A stretch of 50,206 nt of DNA, filler included, from Ionaspis alba (lineage: Eukaryota): the NCBI GenBank assembly GCA_964255285.1. It is 2 parts of 2 records of this genome, joined end to end, with 100 filler letters (N's around TTAATTAATTAA, not from the genome) between each part and the next. Parts side by side here need not be neighbours in the genome. Positions count along the whole stretch, not along the records: positions 25,166 to 50,206 come from CAXUUL010000163.1; 1 more part is not named here. One strand, given 5' to 3'. Position numbers and translations under genes: made by a program. A model generated the notes under the pieces. The model searched no databases and was not told the DNA's origin. It worked only from the letters and a program-made list of their open reading frames with translations. Below are positions 34,513 to 45,000 of this stretch, piece after piece. Numbering within the stretch: the first letter of the stretch is position 1; every line of letters starts with the position of its first letter.

Positions 34513-37316
34513 ATGGTGGAAAGTTCTGACGATCCGAGTTTATTCGACCGCATTCGCTCTATCGCGCATGTCTCGACGCCTCATCGATCGACAACAGACG
34601 GACCTACCGGCCCACCCCTAGGCCACAACTCTGCCCACCATGCAGCAAATTCAAGGAGCACAACTATGGGCGAGAAGCCTCACAGTGGTAGGACGAACAC
34701 CACAGGCAATAATGTGGCCGTTGAACACTCGTCAACGTCCCCTCCACCAGCTCCTCCTCCTAAGGTCGGAGCCGATGATGGAGAGGCATCTACCACCATA
34801 GAGTCGGAAGAAAAACAGAACATTGCTGTTCGCTTTTATCATACCGTAACGGAAATATTGCTCTCGAGCATTATCAATGTATTATTGGTCTTCGTACCAG
34901 TCGGAATCGCAGTCAATTTTGCTCACGTGAGCCCAACGATTGTGTTCGCCATGAACGCGATTGCCATAATACCACTTGCAGGTCTCCTCAGCCATGCCAC
35001 TGAGAGTGTTGCAGCAAGTATGGGCGATACTATCGGAGCCCTTATGAACGTGACTTTTGGAAATGCAGTTGAGCTCATTATCTTGTATGTATTGAGAAGG
35101 TCGGCCAACAAATTTCTCCTAGTTAACGAGATATAGCATGTATGTACATCGTACAGATATCAAGACAACAGAGAGCCAGAGGTTGCCCGGAAAGCGCCTG
35201 CAACTCAATAGAGTCCCACATTATCTTTGCTGCCCTGTAGTCCCTAGTGTCACTCTGTGACACTTTGTTTCATCTGCTTACTCGTGGCATACTCATGACT
35301 ACAGTATTGCGCTCTCAAAAGTATGTCTGCTAGGATTTCTGTTGATGGACTATGCTAATAACTTGATTTTAGAATGAAATACGCATTGTTCAAGCCTCGC
35401 TGCTGGGGTCGATACTCGCCAATCTCTTGCTCATCCTTGGGATGTGCTTCCTATTTGGCGGCCTCCGGTTTCGTGAACAGGTACCGTAGATTCTCTCGAT
35501 GGGACCGGTTGGCATATCTGACCAAGTTCAAGATTTACAACAGTACCGTAACGCAGATGAGCGCTTGTCTGCTCAGTCTAAGTGTCATGAGCCTACTTTT
35601 GCCAGTACGTAGTGTATGGCATACTTTGACACGCCAGAAACTGAACAATCCGACTGTATTCTGAGTCCTGTGCTGATATGATAATCACAGACCGCTTTCC
35701 ACGCATCTTTCACCGACAGCAGTGTAGCTGATAGTGCTGTACTGCAGGTTAGCCGAGGTTCCAGCATAGTAATAATGCCCAAGGCTCGCAATGCACTGAG
35801 AAAGACATTGACGGTCAAGCAGATCCTACTTCTAGTATACGTGCTTTACCTGCTATTCCAGCTGAAATCACATGCCTACATGTACGAAAGTACACCACAG
35901 CACGTCATCGATGAAGAGTCTCATCCTGGACTTCTAGCCGATATGTTGAACTCTTCCAGTTCCTCTGATTCGTCGAGCTCTTCGAATGATAGTGACTCGG
36001 ATGCCACTTCAGGCTCACACCACACAGCCAGCAGAATCAAGAGAGCTTTTAAAGGGCGAAAACGCCGCAAGTCTAATGCGAGCTCCAAGGAGACGACCAC
36101 TATGCCGTCAGCGCAGCGGACTCCATCCTCGGGAACTTTCAATGATCCACACATCCTGAGAACTCCATCGGATACCTTGCCTTCGCATCGTCTTGGCGCG
36201 ATCTTTAGTGGGGACGAAGCAGATTCAGATGGCGAGCCCACAGGTCGTCGCTTGCGTATCAATGCTCCAACAGTAAACCATCGGGACTTCGAGAACGAAA
36301 AAAGCTCGTCGGGTGCAAAGTCTCCTGACACGAAGCCAAGGAGAAGGAAGTCTAGGAGGAAGCATCGGAAACACCACAAACACGATGAAAAGGAGGATGG
36401 CACGCCTGGTACGCTGATGTCGCCTCGAATTGACGAAGTCCAAGCACTACCGCCTTCGCCGCGGGTCAGCTTCGTCCAAGATGTGCAGCTCGTTCCTGAA
36501 AACTCCACGAAACGAGTATTTAACATCGGCGGCATCTCTGTTCGACCTTCAATGCCCAAAATGTTGACTTCCACAGTATTCTCTGCAGCAAACCCTACCG
36601 GAGCATCAGGCTCAGGTCCTCCAGCTCCCGTCGCTGTGCCTCGCGTGCCTTACGGACTGCGACGTGCTACATCTCTTCCAGATCGTTTGAACCAAGCACA
36701 GTCTGCACCATCAGCTCAAGCACCGCCACATCTGGCCCCTCAACACGCATCCTCGCTCCTGATCAACTCGAACAGCAACGCGGCTCAGAAAAAGTACATT
36801 TCCAGTACCTCGGCCGTCGTCTTACTCTTGATCTCAACAGGCTTGGTAGCTGTCTGCGCAGAGTTCCTCGTCAGCAGCATCAACTATCTTGTCGACAACA
36901 CGAACGTCAGCGAAGCTTTCATCGGCCTTATAATCCTTCCAATTGTCGGAAACGCCGCTGAACACGTGACAGCTGTCACTGTAGCCAGCAAGAACAAAAT
37001 GGACCTCGCCATCGGTGTGGCCGTTGGCTCGAGCATCCAAATAGCGCTTTTTGTGACTCCTGTTATCGTTTTGCTTGGGTGGGCACTGAGCAAGGACATG
37101 AGTCTCTACTTCTCGCTCTTCGAAACCATCTCACTTTTCGTGTCGGTGTTTGTGGTCAATTTCTTGGTTCTGGATGGCCGGAGCAATTATCTTGAAGGGG
37201 CTTTACTTATTGCTGCTTATATCATCATTGCTGTTGCGGCTTTCTTCTATCCGGGTTCCGACCAGCAGAGCACGATTGGTGGCGCTGTGGCGTCGCTTGG
37301 GAGGAGGTTTCTGTGA
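34513..37316 (+). CDS. Ca2+/H+ exchanger (CAX/Vcx1-like, CaCA family) with long central loop, 780 aa
   Basis: Exons 34513-35084, 35137-35139, 35305-35320, 35373-35480, 35533-35604, 35691-35768, 35823-37316 join in frame. Alpha repeats [10 protein letters not shown] and IVGNAAEH, plus [18 protein letters not shown] and DGRSNYLEG. Confidence 0.92.
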
Positions 37317-38008
37317 TGTACGGTGTTGGGTTCGGGATGCAGGTTAAGAGCGAAGACAAATTGACGGAACAAGACAATGTGGTGCAATGAGGCTAGTGAT
37401 TTAGCCTCTGCTAGATTGAAATGCAAGCGGTAGTCGATAGGGAAGTTGGGTCGTGCTACAACTTCGTAGCTTAGCTAGTGCTTGCAGGATGTGGACACTC
37501 ATTAGGCGATAACATGCTTGCTGGCAAATGAAATTAGCTTTTGTTGCTTCATTTGATTGTTGAACGTGCTTGTGTCATTCATGTTCTCTGAATAAAAGAA
37601 AGGATCTATAATGTTCCGTCGAAGTCTCCGGCCAAAAATCTTCGGAGTTTAATGGATAATGCTATAAACTTAGACACATTCTTTTGGAAAACCCCTCCTG
37701 TTCTGCTGTGGCTTCAAATAAGATGCTGCCATAGAGGAAAACTGACAAAGTTTAAGATCGGTCGATTTGGAAAGAGGCAATATTTCTTTTTGGAGCTGTT
37801 GTACATTAATTACAGCACTCTATCACCACAACTGTATGTTCGAACAAACAAAAAACCTCCTCTCTCACAGCGGCCAGAGTATAAGGAACCAGTTGCCTGA
37901 CTAATACCCTTCATGCACTTCTCCAGGTCCAACGAGCATGCACTGCCGCAATGGCTTTTTCACATCCTTCACAGCATTCGTCAATTCCACACCGATCAAC
38001 CCACGGTT

Positions 38009-38927
38009 CTAATCGTGCGGTGTCGCCGTCTCATGATGGTGCACATCCCCTCTATACCCAACCAACTTCAATCTCCCGAGCATCTCACCAACCGTGAAGA
38101 ACCCTAACACCTCTGCCAGAACTACACCAGCCGAGACCATCTGCGCACGATTGACATTCCGAACACGACTAAGGACGCTCTCGGGTGACATGTTGGACTC
38201 GGTTGCGGAGGGCCGGATAGCGGCGGCGGGATTGCGGACCATGTTGAAGACGGGTTGGAGGTAGGATTGAAATGTTGCAATATTTCTGATGTGGAAAACC
38301 TGTTAAAGTGTTCCTTTTGAGGGCAGGATAGGGGAAGGTAGGGTGGCTTACGGTGGTGACATCTTTTGCCCTTGGAAGACTAGTTTGGAGAGCTCGAGGC
38401 CGACTTTGGAGTAGTAGATTGTCGGGGGAATCATAGCTAGTAGAAAGAGATGTCAGTCGCTTTACAGGAACTTCAAGATTTCAATATACGAGCAATGGCC
38501 GCTGAACACTCAGCTCGATAAAAGCATTTGCAATGAGAAAAGCCGCAGTTGAGTCCGGAGCGGGTCGTGACGCTCGGGGCGACTCAATGCTACGCCAGCA
38601 AAATAACGAGCTCTCCTTCAGCATGTCTCTGTACTCACATTCAACAAAAGATATCAATCTCCCTGTCCTACCTCCAATCCTGCTTATTGTCCTGCTCAAT
38701 CCCTGCCCAGCACGGCTCAATCCTGAGCTCGCGGACGATGTGACTCTCGACAACCCCTGCGAAGCTTGCGAAGTAGCATTGCTGGCCGTGTCTTTCGCCT
38801 TGGAAGCAGTTTCCGAAGCAGCGTTTGCGGCTTTCGATGTCGTGGACGCTTGTCGAAAAGCTATTTGTCGTTCGATCAGGTGCTGTGGCCGCCGGAGCAG
38901 AAGGCGGGTTGCTGATGTGGCAGGCAT
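38009..38927 (-). CDS. ATP20: Mitochondrial ATP synthase subunit g, 216 aa
   Basis: Exons 38927-38639, 38436-38352, 38285-38009 join in frame. Presequence, IYYSKVGLELSKLVF..QKMSPP and AEVLGFFTVGEMLGRLKLVGY (GExxGR, GxxxG). Confidence 0.95.
38501..38622 (-). other. Nested inverted repeats (predicted long stem-loop) inside ATP20 intron 1
   Basis: Complementary pairs: 38501-06/38617-22, 38512-17/38607-12, 38527-31/38598-602, 38549-55/38581-87, 38558-62/38571-75. Confidence 0.75.
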
Positions 38928-39375
38928 CTTTTGAGATTGAGCCTGCGCTTGACCGGTGGATTGATTGGTTTGGGGTGGGGACGAGATGGTGCTGGTGAAG
39001 GGTGGAGGAATGGGCCTTGGTACTTAAGCTCGGGAGGTTGAGGAAAGTTGCGAAAAGTGCTTTGATTGGTCAGTGGTCCTTGGTAAGAGGAGCTCGGCTG
39101 AGTGGACTACACGACAAGGATGACAATCAATCACGGAGGGTTCAAGCAAAGAATAGAACTGCGAGTTGATCAAGAAGTTGATCTGAATGTCCATTGTACG
39201 TGTATGTTGATGAGAACACGTTCATGCTTCACCGATACAGCCCATGCAGCTCATGTTCCATACTGGGTTTTCCGGCTTAGGAAGTGAGCAGAGGCTCGAC
39301 GTCGTGAAGAGGACCAATTTACAATGATCACATCCCAATGATCAAGATTTTGCTATCTCGAGGCTTTCAATACTC

Positions 39376-41538
39376 TCAATCACCAAACCCGACCCACTCA
39401 TCATCGCTATCACTATCAACATCCTCGACGATGTCAAGAGCCATTCTCCTCCGGCTTCCTTCCATGGCACCTTTTTTCTTCGTCTCAAGCCTCCTCTCGA
39501 ATCCGCTTTTGGTACTAATTCTCATCCTCTTCCTCCCCTTTCCTCCATCTTCGCTTGATTTGACCGCTCGCCTAGATTCGACACCCTTCTTCTTCAGCTC
39601 CTGTCTGGTCTTCTTGCTCACCGTCGGCAGTGCATCCAAGAGCCATTTCTGAACCCCTTCGCTTTCCTGTCGTTCACTTTTGCCCTTGACCTTCTCACTT
39701 GCAGCGATGACATTCGCAATGTTTTTCACATATGGTATGTCCTCTTTTGTGTAGAACGTGACAGCAATTCCTCCTTCACGACCCGCACGTCCAGTTCGAC
39801 CAGCTCGATGAACGTATGCAGCTCCAGTATTTGGTATGTCATAGTTGACCACCCCGTTCACGCCTCTGAAGTCGACGCCTCGAGAAAGTAAGTCCGTCGT
39901 GATAAGAATCCAGATTTCTCCTTTGCGAAAACCTGCCATGATATTTGAACGTGCTGTGTCAGAAAGATCCGAATGCAAAACAGCAATTCGTGCGGAGCCA
40001 CCAGCTTCGGGACTTATGTCATAGAGAAGCTCAGAGTGTAGAGCAATTGCTCGAGCGATGGTCTGCGTGAACACCAGGAACGGCGGTCGGAGAGCAGCGG
40101 TAGAGTCAGCCGCTGATGGGTGTAAGAGCTGGCGTAAGGCAAGCAGCTTTCCCTGTTCCGTGGCTGCGTACACTAGTCGATGAGATATCGTTGGTAGAGC
40201 AGAATCTTTGAGACCGACGACTAGTCGAATCATGTGGTGGTTGGAGGACGAGAGATTTAGCTTTCGCCGTCTCTCGGAAATAAAGGACTGAGCTAGAGCT
40301 TCGATGGAGGATCCAATGGTGGCCGACCACATTGAGGTTTGGAGTATATCGCTGGTACACGCCTCCCAAATTGCAAGAGTCTGCTGCCGGAACATTGGGT
40401 CTAGCAGAACATCTGCCTCATCGAGGACAAGGTACTGAACTGATGAAAGGTCCCCTGGAGTCCCATCGGTTGTAGAGGATATTGCATGGACAAGATTCAA
40501 TGGAGTCGCCACCAGTAGATCTGCCTGTGAGAAAGTCTGACTTCCTGGAAAAGTTTCTGAATCCTCCCGATTATGATATAAGTTCATTCCCTTACTCATA
40601 CCAGCTACTTTGATGCCGGTGCCTATTGCTAGCTTTTTGCCTTCGTTGACGAGCTGATCAACTAATTCATGGGTAGGTGCTATCACAACGGCTCCGAGTT
40701 CGTGACCAGGGCTCTTCTCTGAGGATTTTCCCTTCCTGATATGACGGTCTTTGAGTAGCCCGTGCACGATCGGTATCAGAAATGCCAATGTCTTGCCGCT
40801 GCCAGTCGGAGCAATCGTGAGCAAGTCAACACCAGATCTCTGGTCTTGCTTGCTCTTCCTCGAAGCTCGAAGGCCTCTTTCCTCATCCGAACCTAGCAAT
40901 AGAGGCAAGCTCCCCAGCTGTACCTCTGTTGGTAAGGAGTAGCCCTGTCTATCCAGGTTTTCTGCCAATCTCCTTGATATTCCGAACTTCGCGCGGAGTT
41001 CAGTGAAAGACATCAAAGGCTGCGGCAGTAGCTGCACAGGCGTCATTTTATTTGGCCTCGTAGCTGCTGTACGCTTTTTGTGCCGCTTCTGATCTTTAGT
41101 AGCCTCCTGATCTGATCGACCCAATAGAGTAACTTTGAGTTTGTGGGACTTGAATATTCTCCTGCATTCTTCTGCACTCAATCTGTCTATAGTCTCCGTC
41201 GGAGACCTTGAAGCCGGTCCGTTCTCTCGTATTGTGCCTACACCAGTGGCAGACTGACGGCTTCGGGCTCTGTGCAAAGTCTCTACGGAGTCACTGAAAA
41301 AGTCTAGATCGATCTGTGTTTCCACATTTTCGCCCCCTCTCTTACGCTTAACCCCTCGCATGGTCTCACTCGGGGGCTCTGAAGGGAAGGTTTCCGCAGA
41401 CGAAGAGATTTCGCCATGGTAGCTCTGTGGATGCGTCGAATGGCCTGTAGAGGGTATATTTTTGTTCGAAGCTTTCTTGTTGGCGGGTGAGGTCTTTTGT
41501 AGATTGGTTGATCTGCTCAACAGCTTCAGTATATCCAT
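39376..41538 (-). CDS. ROK1: DEAD-box ATP-dependent RNA helicase Rok1, 720 aa
   Basis: Single ORF. Q motif PTEVQ, APTGSGKT, PTHEL, DEAD, SAT, SRGVDF, HRAGRTGRAG. The MDILKLLSRST start, GKLLALRQL and LRPPFLVFTQT are Rok1-like. Confidence 0.92.
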   Translation of the reverse strand: MDILKLLSRSTNLQKTSPANKKASNKNIPSTGHSTHPQSYHGEISSSAETFPSEPPSETMRGVKRKRGGENVETQIDLDFFSDSVETLHRARSRQSATGVGTIRENGPASRSPTETIDRLSAEECRRIFKSHKLKVTLLGRSDQEATKDQKRHKKRTAATRPNKMTPVQLLPQPLMSFTELRAKFGISRRLAENLDRQGYSLPTEVQLGSLPLLLGSDEERGLRASRKSKQDQRSGVDLLTIAPTGSGKTLAFLIPIVHGLLKDRHIRKGKSSEKSPGHELGAVVIAPTHELVDQLVNEGKKLAIGTGIKVAGMSKGMNLYHNREDSETFPGSQTFSQADLLVATPLNLVHAISSTTDGTPGDLSSVQYLVLDEADVLLDPMFRQQTLAIWEACTSDILQTSMWSATIGSSIEALAQSFISERRRKLNLSSSNHHMIRLVVGLKDSALPTISHRLVYAATEQGKLLALRQLLHPSAADSTAALRPPFLVFTQTIARAIALHSELLYDISPEAGGSARIAVLHSDLSDTARSNIMAGFRKGEIWILITTDLLSRGVDFRGVNGVVNYDIPNTGAAYVHRAGRTGRAGREGGIAVTFYTKEDIPYVKNIANVIAASEKVKGKSERQESEGVQKWLLDALPTVSKKTRQELKKKGVESRRAVKSSEDGGKGRKRMRISTKSGFERRLETKKKGAMEGSRRRMALDIVEDVDSDSDDEWVGFGD

Positions 41539-42028
41539 ATTGTCTCCCTGCCACCAGGCTCATAAAGCCGGCATGGCAGCTTTATGACGTAGACGTTGGA
41601 CTCATGTGTGCTGTTCGAAAACGGTTGGAAAAATGGTGCGTGACTCCGGACATAGCGCGCTGGCTTATCGTGATGCCTGCACTGGGCTGCTGGCAGCCCA
41701 CCTTACCCGCTAACCTCCCTACATCATATGCCGGCGTACTGCCCCCGCGCGCCCTGTTAATGACCATCATTGTGTCCTGTGTCAACCTTTACCCCAAGGC
41801 TCTCGACGATTGCGCGCCTCCAGCTTGTGCGCGTCACATCGCATACCATGATGGCTAAAGATATTTATCTCGACACAGAGCTACTTCTAGATTACGCCTT
41901 GCTAGGAAACGACAATCATCCGAAGGGCACGGTTGGGATGGCTCACACCCTCCACCTTCACGAATATCGTGATCTACCTTGATCACTCGCCCATACATAC
42001 ATCCTCTGAACGAAAAGACACCGGGAAG
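41539..42028. promoter_or_regulatory. Probable bidirectional promoter region between ROK1 and ATG2
   Basis: Head-to-head start codons 490 bp apart. No specific motif assigned. Confidence 0.55.
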
Positions 42029-45000
42029 ATGGGCTATTTCCTCCCTTCTTTTTTCCAGAAGCGCATATTGCGTTATGCCCTCTCCAGACTCAACTGGCTC
42101 GATGCAGATGCTTTGGACTTGGATAAGCTAGATATTGTCTGGGGTAAAAGAAGTACAGTGGACTTACGAGAAGTTGGACTAGACATAGCTGTAAGCTCCT
42201 CTCTCGGGTTGGCAGTAACATACTGGCAGATCGTGCTTGGCTGATATATATCACATAGCAACTAGCTTCCGTGCTCTCACTACCAGACTACGTAACCATT
42301 ACAAGGGCAACAATATTGGTCTTACGAGTCACGATACCTGCAGATATCTACGGTAGTGGAATACTCGTGGAGATCGATGGGGTAGAGGTCAAAGTCCTCA
42401 TTAGCTCTGATGTCAGAGGTATGGGCACACGCTCTCAAGCAAAGACGAAGAATGGGGCGAGAAGTGGGCTCCTCAAGGGGGTGAAAGCAAATCGACCGCG
42501 GAATACCCATCCTTTGGTCCACGACCCAGGGGGATTTTCAAAGAACCCGTCCTCCGGCAGCGCAAGCGACGAAGGAGGTAGCCCGCCGATCCTTCCGACA
42601 AGCATAGATCTTGCTCAGTCATTCTTACAGACCGAACCCCCTCAAGAGAGAGCCCAATTACAAGCTGCGATTTCTAGGTCTCAACAACTACATCATTCGA
42701 ATTCGAGTGACGATGGTGAGGAAGAGCTTGGGACGGGCCTTGGTACGGGTTTCTCATTACCTGGTTTCGTTGCCAATTTCCTGAAAGGAGTGGGAGACCG
42801 TCTCCGGCTAGAGGTGAAAAATGTTGAAATAGATCTGGATATGAAAATTGAAGTCAGCACAGGCGTTTCCCCAGTCTCTAGCTATCCAACGAGTTCCGAG
42901 AATGTGACCTTCAGACTGGTTATAGCTACTATGAGTATCAGCGAAGCGCTGGAAAAGGAGAAAGAGCTTCCGTCGGAGTCTGGTGAAGGCGGAGAAGCTA
43001 CCAAGACTCAATACTCCCCCCAAAGGGCAGATCTTCACATGAGCCGTCGGATTACTTTCTTCAACGTCAAGGGTATGCTTCTCTCCGAGTCTTCGCTTTT
43101 CGCTTTAGTTTCACAATTCTCGGGTCCGCCGTCTCCAACGGCGACACATTCTAGTAGTAAACCTGGCCGAAAAGAAAATGCTACAACCACGTCTTCTTCC
43201 TCATCAAGTGCGGCACTAGCCATGTCTCAGTCCACAATTCTAGATGGTCATGTGGAAACGACGGGTTCCACATCTGGTCTAGAAGCATCTATAGCAACGA
43301 GCGATGGAGAGAGGCTTGAAGACACGGAAATCAATGAGCTCGAAGAGAGACATCCCCAGATCCAGGATATGAACCATGAGGATTACTCTGGTGCGAGTCA
43401 GTACTCGGACTTTGGTGACAATAATCAGTCGCTTCTTCGTCAAATCGAAGAAGCACCTGAGATGAAACCAATCGAGGACTCGGATACTCTACCTCGGGCT
43501 CTGGACTTCGAACAACCTCGGCCACTTGATAAGGGGCAGGAGCGAAGTCACGTATCTCAAATGTCAACGCCTACATCTACCCCGGCTCTAGAAGCTAGAG
43601 AATCGCAGTCATCTCCGGAAGATATTTTTACTTCCATACCTTCCTCGACAGACAATCTCTTAGCTGTTGAGCCCAGAAGTCTTACAAGAGCTTGGGAACA
43701 GTCGCGGCACCTGCATACGATTTCAAGAGAAGAAATTTCCTCTGGCTCCGAGTCCTCACCTGAGCCGCCTTGCCGTGTCGTTGGCGCCCCTAGTCCTTCT
43801 GATCAGTCAAATTCTGACTCGGATGAAGACTTGACTCAGTCGAAGATTTTCAGTCACGAAGAGGCAGAGAGTATGTACATGAGTGCTATTAGCCAGCACT
43901 CGGACAAGAGAAATCCGGACAAGCCAATTCCCGGTGGCTGGGAAGGCTTCAGCTCCGACGGTGATGAGACCTCTAGAGCCTATCCACGCACCTCCGTTGT
44001 CCCTGAGAGACCATTAAAAACCCCTTTGCCTCCAGAGAGGGACTCTTCTGTTCACAAAGGTTCTGCTTCTTTACACTCGAAACCTGCTGGTCAAGAGCAT
44101 GGATCTCATGTTACTGCTGATGAATCAAAGGAGGAACTGCAGCATCCTGAGAACCCGGTCCTGCCAAGGGAAATTGCTGCAAGCCAGACGCTAGAGAGAC
44201 TGGAAGAAGATCCTTTGGTGTCGGAGTTGATCAATTCTTCTGGAAGCACTCATGATGCTCTGCGAATGGCGAAACATATCGTGTCTATCGAGTCATTCAC
44301 AATCGATCTTCCTCAAGATATGGATGACTCTGTCGTTGGAGATGGTACGCGAGAGCCGTGGCTCAATGCAGAGGCAAACAGCACAAACCACTCTACGTCG
44401 CAGGAGTCAGGTCATATTACGGAAAGATCATTACCTAAGAGCCCGAGTGCAGAGCACATACCCAATCGGCATTCGGCACAGCCACCCCCTATTTCAATAA
44501 CTGTCAAGAGTCTGTCCTTTCTTGGAGATATGGGTCTGACAAGACTGATGATAATGATTGCGCAACATTTTGTCGCCCTAAAATCCCGGCAGCCAGCTTC
44601 TGCTGTTTCTCAACAAGAACCGCAACATCCTTTGAAGCCAATAAAAGTTCATCTCAACAGGCTCTCCTGGAATTTTGTCGACGTGATCAGAGGCTATACC
44701 GATGCCAGGGCTCAGCGGCCGAGCCAAGGAGCACAGCCTCCCGTGATAGATTCTGATGTGCTTCTCACGGCAGCAATCGAAGACCTAGACATTCTGCACA
44801 ACATGAGAGACAGAACCTCTCGTACCGAACTTTCTATTGGTAAGTGTACGTTTGGGTACGCCTCCGATAATATTGTGTCGTTCGATTCCACAATCAAGAT
44901 GAGGGAGTCTATTCGTGACATTCTCTCCCCTGTTGACAAGGATATAAAAGTATCTGTTGTGCGAAGCCAAATGTCGTCGAAAATCAATGTCTCGACTCTT

